DNA of 64,000 nt, from contig NC_043021.1 in NCBI RefSeq assembly GCF_006345805.1, positions 5,394,001-5,458,000 of the forward strand. Reading direction: 5' to 3'. Source of the stretch: Octopus sinensis. Taxonomy: Eukaryota. The notes beneath the pieces were generated by a model that worked only from the letters and a program-made list of their open reading frames with translations, searched no databases and was not told the DNA's origin. A program made the position numbers and the translations under genes. Of the stretch, positions 38,600-50,690 are shown piece by piece; position 1 is the first letter of the stretch, and every line of letters begins with the position of its first letter.

Positions 38600-38832
38600 A
38601 CCATCCGTTCGTGGCCGTTGCCAGCTCCGTCTGGCACCTGTGCGGGTGGCACGTAAAAAGCACCCACTACACTCACGGAGTGGTTGGCGTTAGGAAGGGC
38701 ATCCAGCTGTAGAAACACTGCCAGATCTGACTGGGCCTGATGCAGCCTTCCGGCTTCACAGACCCCAGTAGAACCGTCCAACCCATGCTAGCATGGAAAA
38801 CGGACGCTAAATGATGATGATGATGATGATGA
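38600..38832 (+). mobile_element. Family C SINE-like repeat
   Basis: AAAAGCACCATCCGTTCGTGGCC...GGACGCTAAATGATGATG. Confidence 0.88.
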
Positions 38833-39522
38833 AGGAACTTTCTGGAACCCTTGTTAAATTTATTTCAGGCACAGGCATAGGTTTGCTCAAGAGGTTTGCT
38901 TTGCAACCATGTGGTTTCAAGTTCAGTCCCTTTACACAGCACCTTGAGCAAGTGTCTTGTATGATAGCCCTGGGTTGACCAATATCTTGTGAATGAATCT
39001 GGTAGAAGGAAACTAGGGTGAAGCCTATTGTATGTATGTTTACACATTTACACATATGCATATACCTATATGTATACCTATTTTGCCCCCGCGCTCCCTT
39101 CTTCACTGTTTGACAAACCTAGTGGTTTTGGAAAAACAGACCAGGTAGAATACATGCCAAACTTAATAAGTACAGGAGCAATCTGTTTGACTAAAACCCC
39201 TGAGGGTGTTGCCCAGACCAAAGAATGTAAATAAGAAGTGAATTAAAATCAGCTTTTTAAATGAAGACAGTGACAAGTAGAGATGCTTAACGAGAGACAG
39301 CAAAACATACTTTACATAACTGGGGTATCTCCCTCATCAACTTTGTGTATATATGTGTGTTTGTATGTATGTATGTTTGTATGTGTATTTATATGTATAC
39401 TTGTGTTTGTGTGTGCTTATAAGTTATACATGCACACACAAAGATGTGTATGTATATGTATGCATACATCCCTCTCTCTTTCTCTCTCCTCATCTCCCTC
39501 CTATCTCTCTCTCTCTCTCTCT

Positions 39523-39558
<36 letters not shown>

Positions 39559-40237
39559 TTGCTATTATGCAAAGTGTTGTAAGCCCAAAACTTTGCTTTT
39601 TCTGAAAACAGAAAAAATACTTTCACCATTCTATAGCAAAACCGTTGTACTACACTTTGACAATTTTGATTTCTTGGCATCTGAAGCAGCTGGAGATACG
39701 ATGGTTTGACCAAAAGAACCGGCTATTGCAAGCAAAAATAAATATTGGAAAAAAAAAATGCATTTGGCTAAATTTGGACATATTACAGTTTAACATAATA
39801 GCAATGTTATATATATATATACCTACATATATGTATATATACTTATATGCATATGTGTGCAAACACACTTGTGTATATTGATAATAATAGACTAAACATA
39901 CACGTCCCACCCTGTATCACAACAATGCCTAAGTTGGTGTTTTGGTTTTTGGTTCGTTCATTTGAGATTTCTATGGAATTCTTGAAGAGATGAGAGATTT
40001 CAAGTTCATAATAAAACAACATATGACTGACCCACTTTCCTCTCCCAGCACCAAACAGATGTTGATTCTGTGAAGGAGACTCTCTCTCTTTTTGGTTGAG
40101 TAGCTTGCTAGAAATAGCAGCCAAATACCCCCTAAGAATTACATCTTATCTATCATCGTTGTCATTATTTTGATATCCACTTTTTCATGCTAGTGTGAGT
40201 ACAGATGGGATACATTGAAATAGATCTTCCACGACAT

Positions 40238-40407
40238 AGGTGCAGGAGTAGCTGTGTGGTAAGTAGCTTGCTTACCAACCACATGGTTCCGGGTTCAGTC
40301 CCACTGCATGGCACCTTGGGCAAGTGTCTTCTACTATAGCCTCGGGCCGACCAATGCCTTGTGAGTGGATTTGGTAGACGGAAACTGAAAGAAGCCCGTC
40401 GTATATA

Positions 40408-40438
<31 letters not shown>

Positions 40439-40662
40439 GTGTGTGTTTGTGTGTCTGTGTTTGTCCCCCTAGCATTGCTTGACAACCGATGCTGGTGTGT
40501 TTACGTCCCCGTCACTTAGCGGTTCGGCAAAAGAGACCGATAGAATAAGTACTGGGCTTACAAAAGAATAAGTCCCAGGGTCGAGTTGCTCGACTAAAAA
40601 GGCGATGCTCCAGCATGGCCGCAGTCAAATGACTGAAACAAGTAAAAGAGTAAAGAGTAAAG
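40238..40662 (+). mobile_element. SINE family B, full length
   Basis: Complete head-to-tail match to the family consensus. Confidence 0.9.
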
Positions 40663-40971
40663 ATATATCGTCTGGTCAATGCAAGCATGGAAAAGTGCAT
40701 GTTAAAATGATGATGGTCGTCCTTATTCTTACCCTCTCATACTGTGTGTGTGTGTGTGTGTGTGTACACACATAATCTGTATGTTATGTTGTGACTCTCA
40801 AATTTCCGGATCAGGTTTCTCTTTATCTGTCTGCTTGATTGAGTTACACAGGTTACAAAATGAACAATAATTAAAGCTAAAAGTAGAAGACACCCTTGTA
40901 ATAACTTTGCCCAGGTCTTTGTATTAGAGAAGCAGAGGAAAATGAAAAAAGAATTTTGTCTTTGTGTTGTG

Positions 40972-41382
40972 TACTCTTTTTTTAATTACTTGTTTCAGTC
41001 ATTTGACTGCGGCCATGCTGGAGCACCGCCTTTAGTCGAGGAGATCGACCCCGGGACTTATTCTTTGTAAGCCCAGTACTTATTCTATCGGTCTCTTTTA
41101 GGCCGAACCGCTAAGTGACGGGGACGTAAACACACCAGCATCGGTTGTCAAGCAATGCTAGGGGGACAAACACATACACACATATATATATACATATATA
41201 CGACAGGCTTCTTTCAGTTTCCGTCTACCAAATCCACTCACAAGGCTTTGGTCGGCCCGGGGCTATAGTAGAAGACACTTGCCCAAGATGCCACGCAGTG
41301 GGACTGAACCCGGAACCATGTGGTTGTTTAGCAAGCTACTTACCACACAGCCACTCCTGCGCGTATGCCACTCCTGCGCCTA
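40972..41382 (-). mobile_element. SINE family B, full length
   Basis: Reverse copy with a duplicated head segment GCCACTCCTGCGC. Confidence 0.9.
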
Positions 41383-41420
41383 TGTGTGTGTGTATTTCAT
41401 AATGGATACATGCATATTAA

Positions 41421-41775
41421 CCTTTTAGTGTTCAGATTATTCTATCAAACATAATATCTCTCTTTTACTTTCTCTTTTACTTGTTTCAGTCATTTGACTG
41501 TGGCCATGCTGGAGCACATTGGAATACATTGAAATAGATCTTCCACAGCCGAGTGCTCTCCCTGTCATCAATCCTCGCCTGTTTCCTAGAAATAGTCTTC
41601 CATGGCCTGATATGATTTGAATTAATCATGCATTTTCTCATATCTTCAAGATCTTGATGGTGTAATTACTAATGTAGAATAACATTGTAGGGTAGGTGTG
41701 AGAGCCTGGATCTGGTCAGTTTGAACATAAAACAGATTAACTATTTTGGCCAGATAAGGTTTAAATACTAAAGGG
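41421..41775. mobile_element. piggyBac-like MITE
   Basis: TTAA|CCTTTTAG ... CTAAAGGG|TTAA (TTAA at 41417-41420 and 41776-41779). A second CCC-ended element starts at 41780, and its reverse complement recurs at about 61270-61393. Confidence 0.65.
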
Positions 41776-41940
41776 TTAACCCATTAGCATGTAAATCAAC
41801 CATATCTGGCTTATTGTGGGGCAATTGTTTTTCTGGAAAAATCATTGCAAAGGGGACAGTTCCAAAGAGGGAAGGGTCCAGACAAGATTATCTTTATGTA
41901 AAAGTACGTGTGTGTGTGTGTATTTCATAATGGATACATG

Positions 41941-42275
41941 CATAGTTGTGTCCAGTTCACCTAGTAATCATGTGGTTTCAAGTTCAGTCCCTTTGCACAG
42001 CACCTTGAGCAAGTGTCTTGTATGATAGCCCTGGCTTGACCAATATCTTGTGAATGAATCTGGTAGAAGGAAACTGGGGTGAAGCCTATTGCATAGTTGT
42101 GTCCAGTTCACCTAGTAACCACGTGGTTTCAAGTTCAGTCCCTTCGCACAGCACCTTGATCAAGTGTCTTGTATGATAGCCCTGGGTTGACCAATATCTT
42201 GTGAATGAATCTGGTAGAAGGAAACTGGGGTGAAGCCTATTGCATAGTTGTGTCCAGTTCACCTAGTAACCATGT
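41941..42275 (+). repeat. Tandem 151-bp repeat of a diverged SINE B head (2.2 copies)
   Basis: CATAGTTGTGTCCAGTTCACC starts at 41941, 42092 and 42243. Confidence 0.9.
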
Positions 42276-42446
42276 GGGTACAGGTTCAATATCACTGTGA
42301 ATTAAGGTCAGTAAAAGCCTTTTGAATGAAATTGCATCAACAAAAACTGTGCAGAAGTACATTGTGTATGTTTTCAATTGAGGGAGAGAGATTGGGTTGC
42401 ACAACAGGGATCAGTGCAGACAGCAAACAACAAAAATATACAGCAT

Positions 42447-42844
42447 AGGCGCAGGAGTGGCTGTGTGGTAAGTAGCTTGCTAACCAACCACATGGTTCCG
42501 GGTTCAGTCCCACTGCGTGGCACCTTGGGCAAGTGTCTTCTGCTATAGCCCCAGGCCGACCAATGCCTTGTGAGTGGATTTGGTAGACGGAAACTGAAAG
42601 AAGCCTGTTGTATATATGTATATAAATGTATGTGTGTGTGTTTGTGTGTCTGTGTTTGTCCCTCTAGCATTGCTTGACAACCGATGCTGGTGTGTTTACG
42701 TCCTCGTCACTTAGCGGTTCGGCAAAAAGAGACCGATAGAATAAGTACTGGGCTTACAAAGAATAAGTCCCGGGGTCGATTTGCTCGACTAAAGGCGGTG
42801 CTCCAGCATGGCCGCAGTCAGATGACTGAGACGAGTAAAAGAGC
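42447..42844 (+). mobile_element. SINE family B, full length
   Basis: Complete match to the family consensus. Confidence 0.9.
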
Positions 42845-43009
42845 ATGAGTTTTTTTTGTTTTTCTTCTAAGTTTCAGTTATGTTCCATTATGCTAAGTTT
42901 GTTGTCCGCATTCCAGTAATTTAGGTTAATGAAATAAGTAGCTACATCATTTAACCCTTTTCTTACCTTATTTTTTGTTGAAATACACCACCACCACCAC
43001 CACCACCAC

Positions 43010-43337
43010 ACTGTGTGGTAAGTAGCTTGCTTACCAGCCACAAGGTTCCGGGTTCAGTCCTACTGCGTGGAAGGGTCTTCTACTATAGCCTCGGACCGAC
43101 CAAAGCCTTGTGAGTGGATTTGGTAGAGGGAAACTGAAAGAAGCCAATGGTAAATATGTGTGTGTGTGTGTTTGTCCCCCCAACATCGCTTGACAACCGA
43201 TGCTGGTGTGTTTACATCCCCGTAAATCAGTGGTCCGGCAAAAGAGACCGATAGAATAAGTACTGGGCTTACAGAGAGTGCTCCAGCATGGCCGCAGTCA
43301 AATGACTGAAACAAGTAAAAGAGTAAAAGAGAGTAAA
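43010..43337 (+). mobile_element. SINE family B with internal deletions
   Basis: Head and tail motifs present. Confidence 0.85.
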
Positions 43338-44001
43338 GAGTATATACACGTGTGTAGGTGTGTGGGTAATTTCTGTTAAATCATGATGATTCAGAGAAAA
43401 AAAGTACAAAAAAAAGGAAAAAAAGTTTATCTCTATTCTAAACAATGTGTGTGTGTGTGTGTGTGTGTGTGTGTCTGTGTGTGTGTCTGTGTGTAAGAGA
43501 TGGAGGAGTGGCAAGTGTAAGAGGACACTGTGGTGGATTTGTGGATTGAGAATTTTCTCAGTTATTGACACATTATTTAGGATGGTCCTCATGTAATGTG
43601 CTCAATAAAAGCTTAACTTGGTGGTAGGGGAAATGGGGGGGGGGAGGAGAGAAAGGGGATGAGGGCATTGTGTCTTTGCATTTAATTACATGGGAATTAA
43701 AATAGAATCTCTGACTAGCCTCCTCTTCCTCCTCCTCCTCTGCCTCTTAATTCTGCCAAATTACTCACCACCTTCACCCTATCTTAACCTTCCTGCTTTC
43801 TCTTTTCTCTTTTCTACCCCATCTCTCTTCTCTATCTTTCCCTCTCTCTTTCTCTATCTCTGTCTCTCTTTCTCTCTCTATCTTTCCCTTTTTTCTCCCT
43901 ATCTCTATTTCTCTCTCTCTCTTCCGTTCTTTCTCTCTCTCTCTTCCGTTCTTTCTCTCTCTCTCTTCCGTTCTTTCTCTCTCTCCATCTTTCTCTACTT
44001 A

Positions 44002-44032
<31 letters not shown>

Positions 44033-44559
44033 TTCTACACTATCTCTCTCTCTATCTTTCCCTCTCTCTTTCTCTATCTCTATCTCTCTCTTTCTCTCCC
44101 TGTCTTTCCCTATTTCTCTCTTTCCCTCTGTCTCTCTTTCTATATCTCCCCCCCCCGCATTCTCTCCCTTTTTCTCTTTCTATCTCCAATGCATCTCTCT
44201 CTCTCTCCTCCCCAATCCACATCCATTGAAACACTTATCTCAAACAAAAAAACCCACACCACCAACACCAACATTGTCACCATCTCCACCAATGTCATTA
44301 CCCCCCCCCCCATTATTGTTCCATTGTTTCATTGTTTGTGGTGGTTATGGATGGTGGTGGTAGCGGTGGTGGTGGTGTCAATCTGTTGAGAGATTGGTCA
44401 GTGCTGAAGTATGGTACATCAAATCACTTGTCTATCTTAGCTTGTTGTTATGCAATCATTATCACCATTCTTATAACAACCATCATCACTATAATCATCA
44501 TCATCATTTCAATTATCATCTTTAAGCACCATCATCATTGTTATCATTATCATCTTAAC

Positions 44560-44860
44560 CACCACCACCATCATCATCATAACCACCACCACCATCATCA
44601 TCATAACCCCACCACCACCACCATCATCATCATAACCACCACCACCATCATCATCATAACCACCACCACCATCATCATCATCATAACACCACCACCACCA
44701 CCACCACCATCATCATCATAACCACCATCATCATCATAACCACCACCACCATCATCATCATAACCACCACCACCATCATCATAATAACCACCACCACCAT
44801 CATCATCTTAACCCCACCACCATCATCACCATCATTATCATAACCACCACCATCATCGCC
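44560..44860. repeat. (CAC)n/(CAT)n compound minisatellite
   Basis: Units of CATAACCACCACCACCATCAT. Confidence 0.92.
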
Positions 44861-45551
44861 ATCATCTAAACAATGTGTGTGTGTGTGTGTGTGTGTGTAA
44901 AAGTGGAGGATATTATGATGGATTTGTAGATTGAGAATTTTCTCAGTTATTGACACATTATTTAGGATGGTCTTCATGTAATTTGCTCAATATAACCATC
45001 ACCATCATCATGTCCTTGTAATCCTACTAATTATTGTGAAGTGATATAATTAAAGAACTGGTCTTCATGTTGCGTTTCATGCAGAAGAAATATACTCGAA
45101 TAGGTTTTCGGCCTTGATTATTTCCAAGCTTACAGGAGAATTTGAACTTGGCACTGCATGCTAACAGAGAAGTGTGTGGTGGCCTAGTGGTTAGGGTGTT
45201 TCACTCACGATCACCAAATCACAATTTCGATTCCCAGACTTTGCGTTCTTGAGCAAAACACTTTATTTGACCTTGCTACAGTCCATTCACCTGTAAATGA
45301 GTAAATCGATGTTTGATTGGCGTTGCATCCAGGAGGGGATGTTGTGATTTTGGTACTGATCATCATCATTATTTAATGGCTTAGCAACATCTTCGTTTAA
45401 TGTCTGTTTTCCATGCTGGCAAAGATCGGATAGTTTCATAGGAGCTGGTAAATTAAAAGACTGCACTGAGCTTTACCATCTCTCTTGGCATGGTTTTTAC
45501 GGCTCGTTACCCTTCATAATGCCAACCATTTGTAGAGTGTATTGGGTGCTT

Positions 45552-45948
45552 GGATCTTTTCGGTTTGAACGGCAGTTTTTTAACATAATTTCCAGGTAAC
45601 TAAAAATTTTAAACTTCATATACTGGTAGAATGGGTTTATAACATCTTTTTTCTCTGGCTTTATTGAGAAAATTCTATAGTTTGTAAGATATTTGTTGGT
45701 TTTTTTCTTCAATTTCTGCAATTTCAACCAATCACTGACGTCTATTGAGGTAAAAAACATTCCGTGGTGTATGAATATGTCCCTCGTTTAAGAAACAGAT
45801 TGGGTTTATTTACATTTGTGAAGTAAAAAAGATACCCTTCCCCCTAACCCAGATTGAAATGCAATAGATCGATACTAGGGTCATAATTATGGGTGACAAT
45901 TTCATATGACACCGCTAGAAAAACCTGCCGTTCAAACTGAAAGGATCC
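45552..45948 (+). mobile_element. Merlin-like MITE with 8-bp TSD, inserted into an old family C copy
   Basis: TIR GGATCTTTTCGGTTTGAACGGCAG / CTGCCGTTCAAACTGAAAGGATCC; TSD GGGTGCTT at 45544-45551 and 45949-45956. GG..CC ends with an 8-bp TSD fit Merlin; superfamily is inferred. Confidence 0.85.
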
Positions 45949-47680
45949 GGGTGCTTTTACATGACATCACCAGCAGTTAGGTCACCGAATAATGCACAAA
46001 ACAAAACCCTTCAACTGAGTGGAGTGGGGTTGGAAGTAGCATTGAGGGAAGTGACATTGTGCCAATGTCATGGAAACTGAGTAAGCAGCCCTATGACTCC
46101 AAGGACTCAAGACATTACTGGTTTCTTTTTTGTTTTTTACTGCATGTCAACAAACCATTAATTAGTTTAATATTTGGTAGTTACCATCACTCACAGTAGA
46201 CAGCCAGGTAGACTGGACTATTTGAGAATTATATCTCTTGTCCATCCTCCTTGTTCTGCTTATTGCTACACTTCAGTAACTTATTCCATACCCTGATGAC
46301 TTTGCTTCTACACATAACACAGCTCTTCCCCCTCCAGAGCTCTCCCCACTCCTTTCTCTCCACTTAAAACAACTATCTCAACTCCAGATGTCCTTGTTCT
46401 TCACATAAAGCCATTCTCCCACCTTCTTGATGTCTTTGTTCTAACTTGAACAGTTTTATCCTTCTTAATGGAGTATGATTTGAGGAGGTGGGATTCATTG
46501 CTATTTCTAGCGCAGTGTAATACTGTGTAGATATTCGTTCCTTTTTTTCCATGTTCAGTGTATCTCTTACAAAATACACTTATCTGTTGGCTTTTACTTG
46601 TTTGTCATTTGACTGTGGCCATGCTGGGGCCTCACTTTGAAGGGTTTTGGTCAACTAAATTGACTTGAGTACTTTTTCTGTTTCAAAGCCTAATACTTAT
46701 TCTATCAGTCTCTTATCCTGAACCGCCAAATTACAGGGATGTAAACAAACCAACACTGGTTGTCAAACAGTAGTGGGGGACAAATATGAAGACACATCAT
46801 ATATACCTGACCCAACAGGCTTCTTTTAGTTTCCATCTACCAAATCCACTCACAAGGCTTTGGTCAACCTGGAGCTATATAGTCAAAGATATTTACATGC
46901 CGAAGGTGCCACACAGTGAGACTGAACCTAGAACCATGTGATTGAGAAGCAAAATTGGTCAAGCAAGCATGTCCCGACTTCCATCATTGCATCCTTTAAT
47001 TGCTTGGTTTTTATTGCTAAATGGTGAAGTTGTTTCTTCCTTGTCACCATTATCCATACAGACAACCAGTGTATAATGTAAAGAATAAAGTTGACCTTGG
47101 TAGGATTTGAACTCAGAACTCAAGCTAATGAAATAAACATGGCATTGCATTTCTTCTGCTCAGTTGGCTATGTATCTTCCTTGTCCTTTCAATTTTATCA
47201 ATCTGTGTCTATCTTTGGGATGCCTTGTAAGGTAGTCTATGTTACCTTGATGCTTTGGTGGATGGAGTTAGCTCTGCACTGGATTCTCTTTGCCCCACAT
47301 AGTTTTATTGAGGAACCTGTGTGTATGTCTCTCTTGCTCTTTCATTCACCAATAGGTCTGTATATATATATATATATATATGTTTCATTCACAGAATAGA
47401 TATGTATCAATTTCATTTCCTTCATTCATCTAATAGGTATGTGTGTATCTATTTCATTCTCATAACTAGGTCCCTGTGTATTTATCATCGTTTCTACCTT
47501 TTATCTTCCGTGCTCTCTTTTTTGATCCCTTGTATGTGTGTGCACATGCAAATATATATATGTACATACACACGCACACACATACACACACACACACATT
47601 CATAGGTGCATATATATGTATATTTAACTTGATTCTTTTCAGTTAGCTCTGTTTCACTTCCTCTCTTTCTCTCCTCTCAT

Positions 47681-47737
<57 letters not shown>

Positions 47738-47947
47738 ATGTGCCTATTGACCTAAACACATCATTCTACTGAATTCTTTCTTAACTATTGGAATTTCCTG
47801 TTTAGGGAAAGGTGGGCCTTACCTCTCTCAAAACACACATCCGATAACACACAGGGCTCTTTTTTCAAACACCAAAGACATGACCAGTGTGTATGTGTGT
47901 GTGTGTTTGTGTGCGTGTTTGTGTGTGTGTGTGTTTGTGTGTGTGTG

Positions 47948-47984
<37 letters not shown>

Positions 47985-48254
47985 TGTGAGTGTGTGTTTG
48001 TGTGTGTGTGTGTGTGCATGCATGCGTGTGTGTGTGTGTGTGTGTGTGTGTTCAGATAGTTGTTTAGATGTAAGTTATGGTTTTGGAAGTTGTTTTGCAA
48101 AAGCTTGTTGGTTGCAAGCAGATGTGTGTCAGTTACATATGTAATTGTGTGTGTATGTGTGTGTGTGGGTGTACATTTGATCGGAGGGTGGGATTATGTT
48201 GGTTGGGTGAGCATAAAGGTACATGAGCTAAATATCATTGTGTGTATGTGTGAG

Positions 48255-48592
48255 TCATCATCATCATCGTTAGCGTCCGCTTTCCATGCTAGCATGGGTT
48301 GGACGGTGCAACTGGGGTCTTGGAAGCCAGAAGGCTGTACCAGGCCCAGTCTTATCTGGCAGTGTTTCTACGGCTGGATGCCCTTCCTAACACCAACCAC
48401 TCCATGAGTGTAGCGGGTGCTTTTACGTGCCAGACGAGGCTGGCAAACGGCCACGATCGGATGGTGCTTTTTACGTGCCACCGGCACGAGGCCAGTCGGG
48501 GCGGCGCTAGCAATGGCCACGTTCGGATGGTTCTCTTACGTACCACCGGCACTGGTATCACAGCTGCAATTTCCATTGATGTTGATCGATTT
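48255..48592 (-). mobile_element. Family C SINE-like repeat, near full length
   Basis: Reverse complement of 15472-15816. Confidence 0.9.
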
Positions 48593-48969
48593 TGATTTTG
48601 ATTTTTGATTGAGTATTACATCAATATATACATCAATATAGTTATATCATAAGTACCAGTGTATGTATGTTAATCGATGAAGTGTGTGTAGTTTCACGGA
48701 TTTGTTGAACTTAACGTATATATGTATGTGTTTGTTACATCATAGTTTATTTTTGTGGATATGTGATACATATATTTGTGTAACTTCTCACATATACAAA
48801 TTAGTACCCTGTGTGTGTGAGGGGCATCTGTCCAACTTCAAGTGTTTGATCTGTGTAACACTAAGTGGTTCAGTATCAAATTGCTCTTGGAACATCCAAT
48901 GCAAAGGTTCTAAGCATCCACAATGGTGAAGCACATTGGGAATAAATGATACAAACTTCAGAGATGTAC

Positions 48970-49170
48970 TTGCATAGCAAGTGATCTGATCTGAGATTGT
49001 GTGCTGGAACGAAAACAATTGCAGCGTGGAAGGTGTTTATAAGCCATTTAAGAAACACACAAAATCTGTTAGATTCACTTCAACATTTAAATTTAATTTG
49101 TCAAAATATTTTCGTCGCTTTGAAACCGTGACCTGTTCACTGACAAAATTCCATGCTGCATCTTTATTGA
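48970..49170 (-). mobile_element. Penelope-like terminal-repeat remnant (inferred)
   Basis: Contains a minimal hammerhead fold with palindromic stem III; no ORF. Confidence 0.5.
49097..49147 (-). ncRNA. Minimal type I hammerhead ribozyme with G3-C8 swapped core
   Basis: UUUGUCA-GUGAACA-G-GUCAC GGUUUCAAA GCGAC-GAA-AAUAUU-U-UGACAAA: 7-bp stem I, 4/5-bp stem II, palindromic stem III. Confidence 0.7.
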
Positions 49171-49224
49171 TACAAACTTCTTCTTATCAGAATTTCTCCT
49201 CCATTTGTGTGTAGTAGATCATAA

Positions 49225-49380
49225 CCTGTCACATTCTGTGTCACGCTGAATCTCCCCGAGAACTATGTTAAGGGTACGTGTGTCTGTGGAATGCTCAGCC
49301 ACTTGCACGTTAATTTCACGAGCAAGCTGTTCCGTTGATCGGATCAACTGGAACCCTCATCATCGTAACCGGCGGAGTGC
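49225..49380 (+). mobile_element. SINE family D tail type D2 fragment
   Basis: CTGTGTCACGCTGAATCTCCCCGAGAAC...GGATCAACTGGAACCCTCATCATCGTAACC matches 60915-61068. Confidence 0.8.
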
Positions 49381-49947
49381 TGTAGTAATAATTTATAATG
49401 GTATCACTGTATTGATCAGACTATCAGATGTTGTTATACACCGCTAGTCACAATGTGTTTCCAATTCTTTCCTGATTGCACCTTTCTTTTCCATTTTGCC
49501 CAAATTGTTTAACTAAATTAGAAAGCTTATAACAATGCATGTGTGTGTGTACCAAGATATGGGTGAGTGTGTTGTGTATACACACATACATAGAATAGCA
49601 GTAAGAGGAACCATAATTGTTGCCTTCTGGACTGATATCTGACTGTGAGGAATTCAGTCTTCAGTTGAACAATACCACTCTCTATTATATCAGCATTATT
49701 TGTAGACCAGACATCATTCTTGTATAACAGAAACAAACCATTCCACTGCCTTTTACTTTTCCCTCACTTTTTTTTTAACCAGAAACTACTGTCACATGGA
49801 GACAGGCATGATTGTTCCTATGTGTGTGCCTTCTCACTCTCTCTCTCTCTCAACACACACAAAATCATACGCTGACTGAATATTAAATGGTTTTTTTTCT
49901 TTCATTTGTATATCTATCTATCTAATATAAATAATATATATATAAAT

Positions 49948-50296
49948 AGGCGCAGGAGTGGCTGTGTGGTAAGTAGCTTGCTTACCAACCACATGGTTCT
50001 GGGTTCAGTCCCAGTGCGTGGCATCTTGGGCAAGTGTCTTCTGCTATAGCCCCGGGCCGACCAAAGCCTTGTGAGTGGATTTAGTAGACGGAAACTGAAA
50101 GAAGTGTGTGTATGTTTGTGTGTCTGTGTTTGTCCCCCTAGCATTGCTTGACAACTGATGCTGGTGTGTTTACGTCCCCGTTACTTAGCGGTTTGGCAAA
50201 AGAGACCGACAGAATAAGTAGTAGGCTTCCAAAGAATAAGTCCTGGGGTCGATTTGCTCGACTAAAGGCAAATGACTGAAACAAGTAAAAGAGAGA
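49948..50296 (+). mobile_element. SINE family B
   Basis: Head through tail with small deletions. Confidence 0.88.
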
Positions 50297-50299
50297 AAA

Positions 50300-50332
<33 letters not shown>

Positions 50333-50436
50333 CGAACATTTTTTGGAACAACGAAAGAAACAAATAGAGAAATGAGACAAGCAACATAAAAAAACAATTC
50401 CTCTGTGTGTATGTTTATATGTACGTACATACACAT

Positions 50437-50625
50437 ATGCTCGGAATGGTCAGTGACAAGAGAGGAAGAGGCCGACCAAGAACCCGCTGGCTTGACACCA
50501 TCAAGAGTGATACCGGAATGGACATGGCCAATCTGAAAGAAGCGGCCCGGGATAGAACTGACTGGAGGACACTGATCCAACGAGTAACCAAGAGTCGACT
50601 TCAACTGAGCGGATGGATAGATAGA
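50437..50625 (+). mobile_element. Second, shorter 3' end of the RTE/BovB-type LINE
   Basis: MLGMVSDKRGRGRPRTRWLDTIKSDTGMD...SRLQLSG followed by a GGAT/GATA-type tail; closely similar to 14600-14788. Confidence 0.9.
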
Positions 50626-50690
50626 CAGACATACATATGTGTGTGTGTGTGTGTCTATGCATGTGTGTGTCTGTGCATGTATATATATAT

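Noticed and set aside
46240-46450. Possible degenerate CR1 3' end on the minus strand (KVIRVWNKLL)
   Set aside because: Only one short motif matches; too decayed to support.
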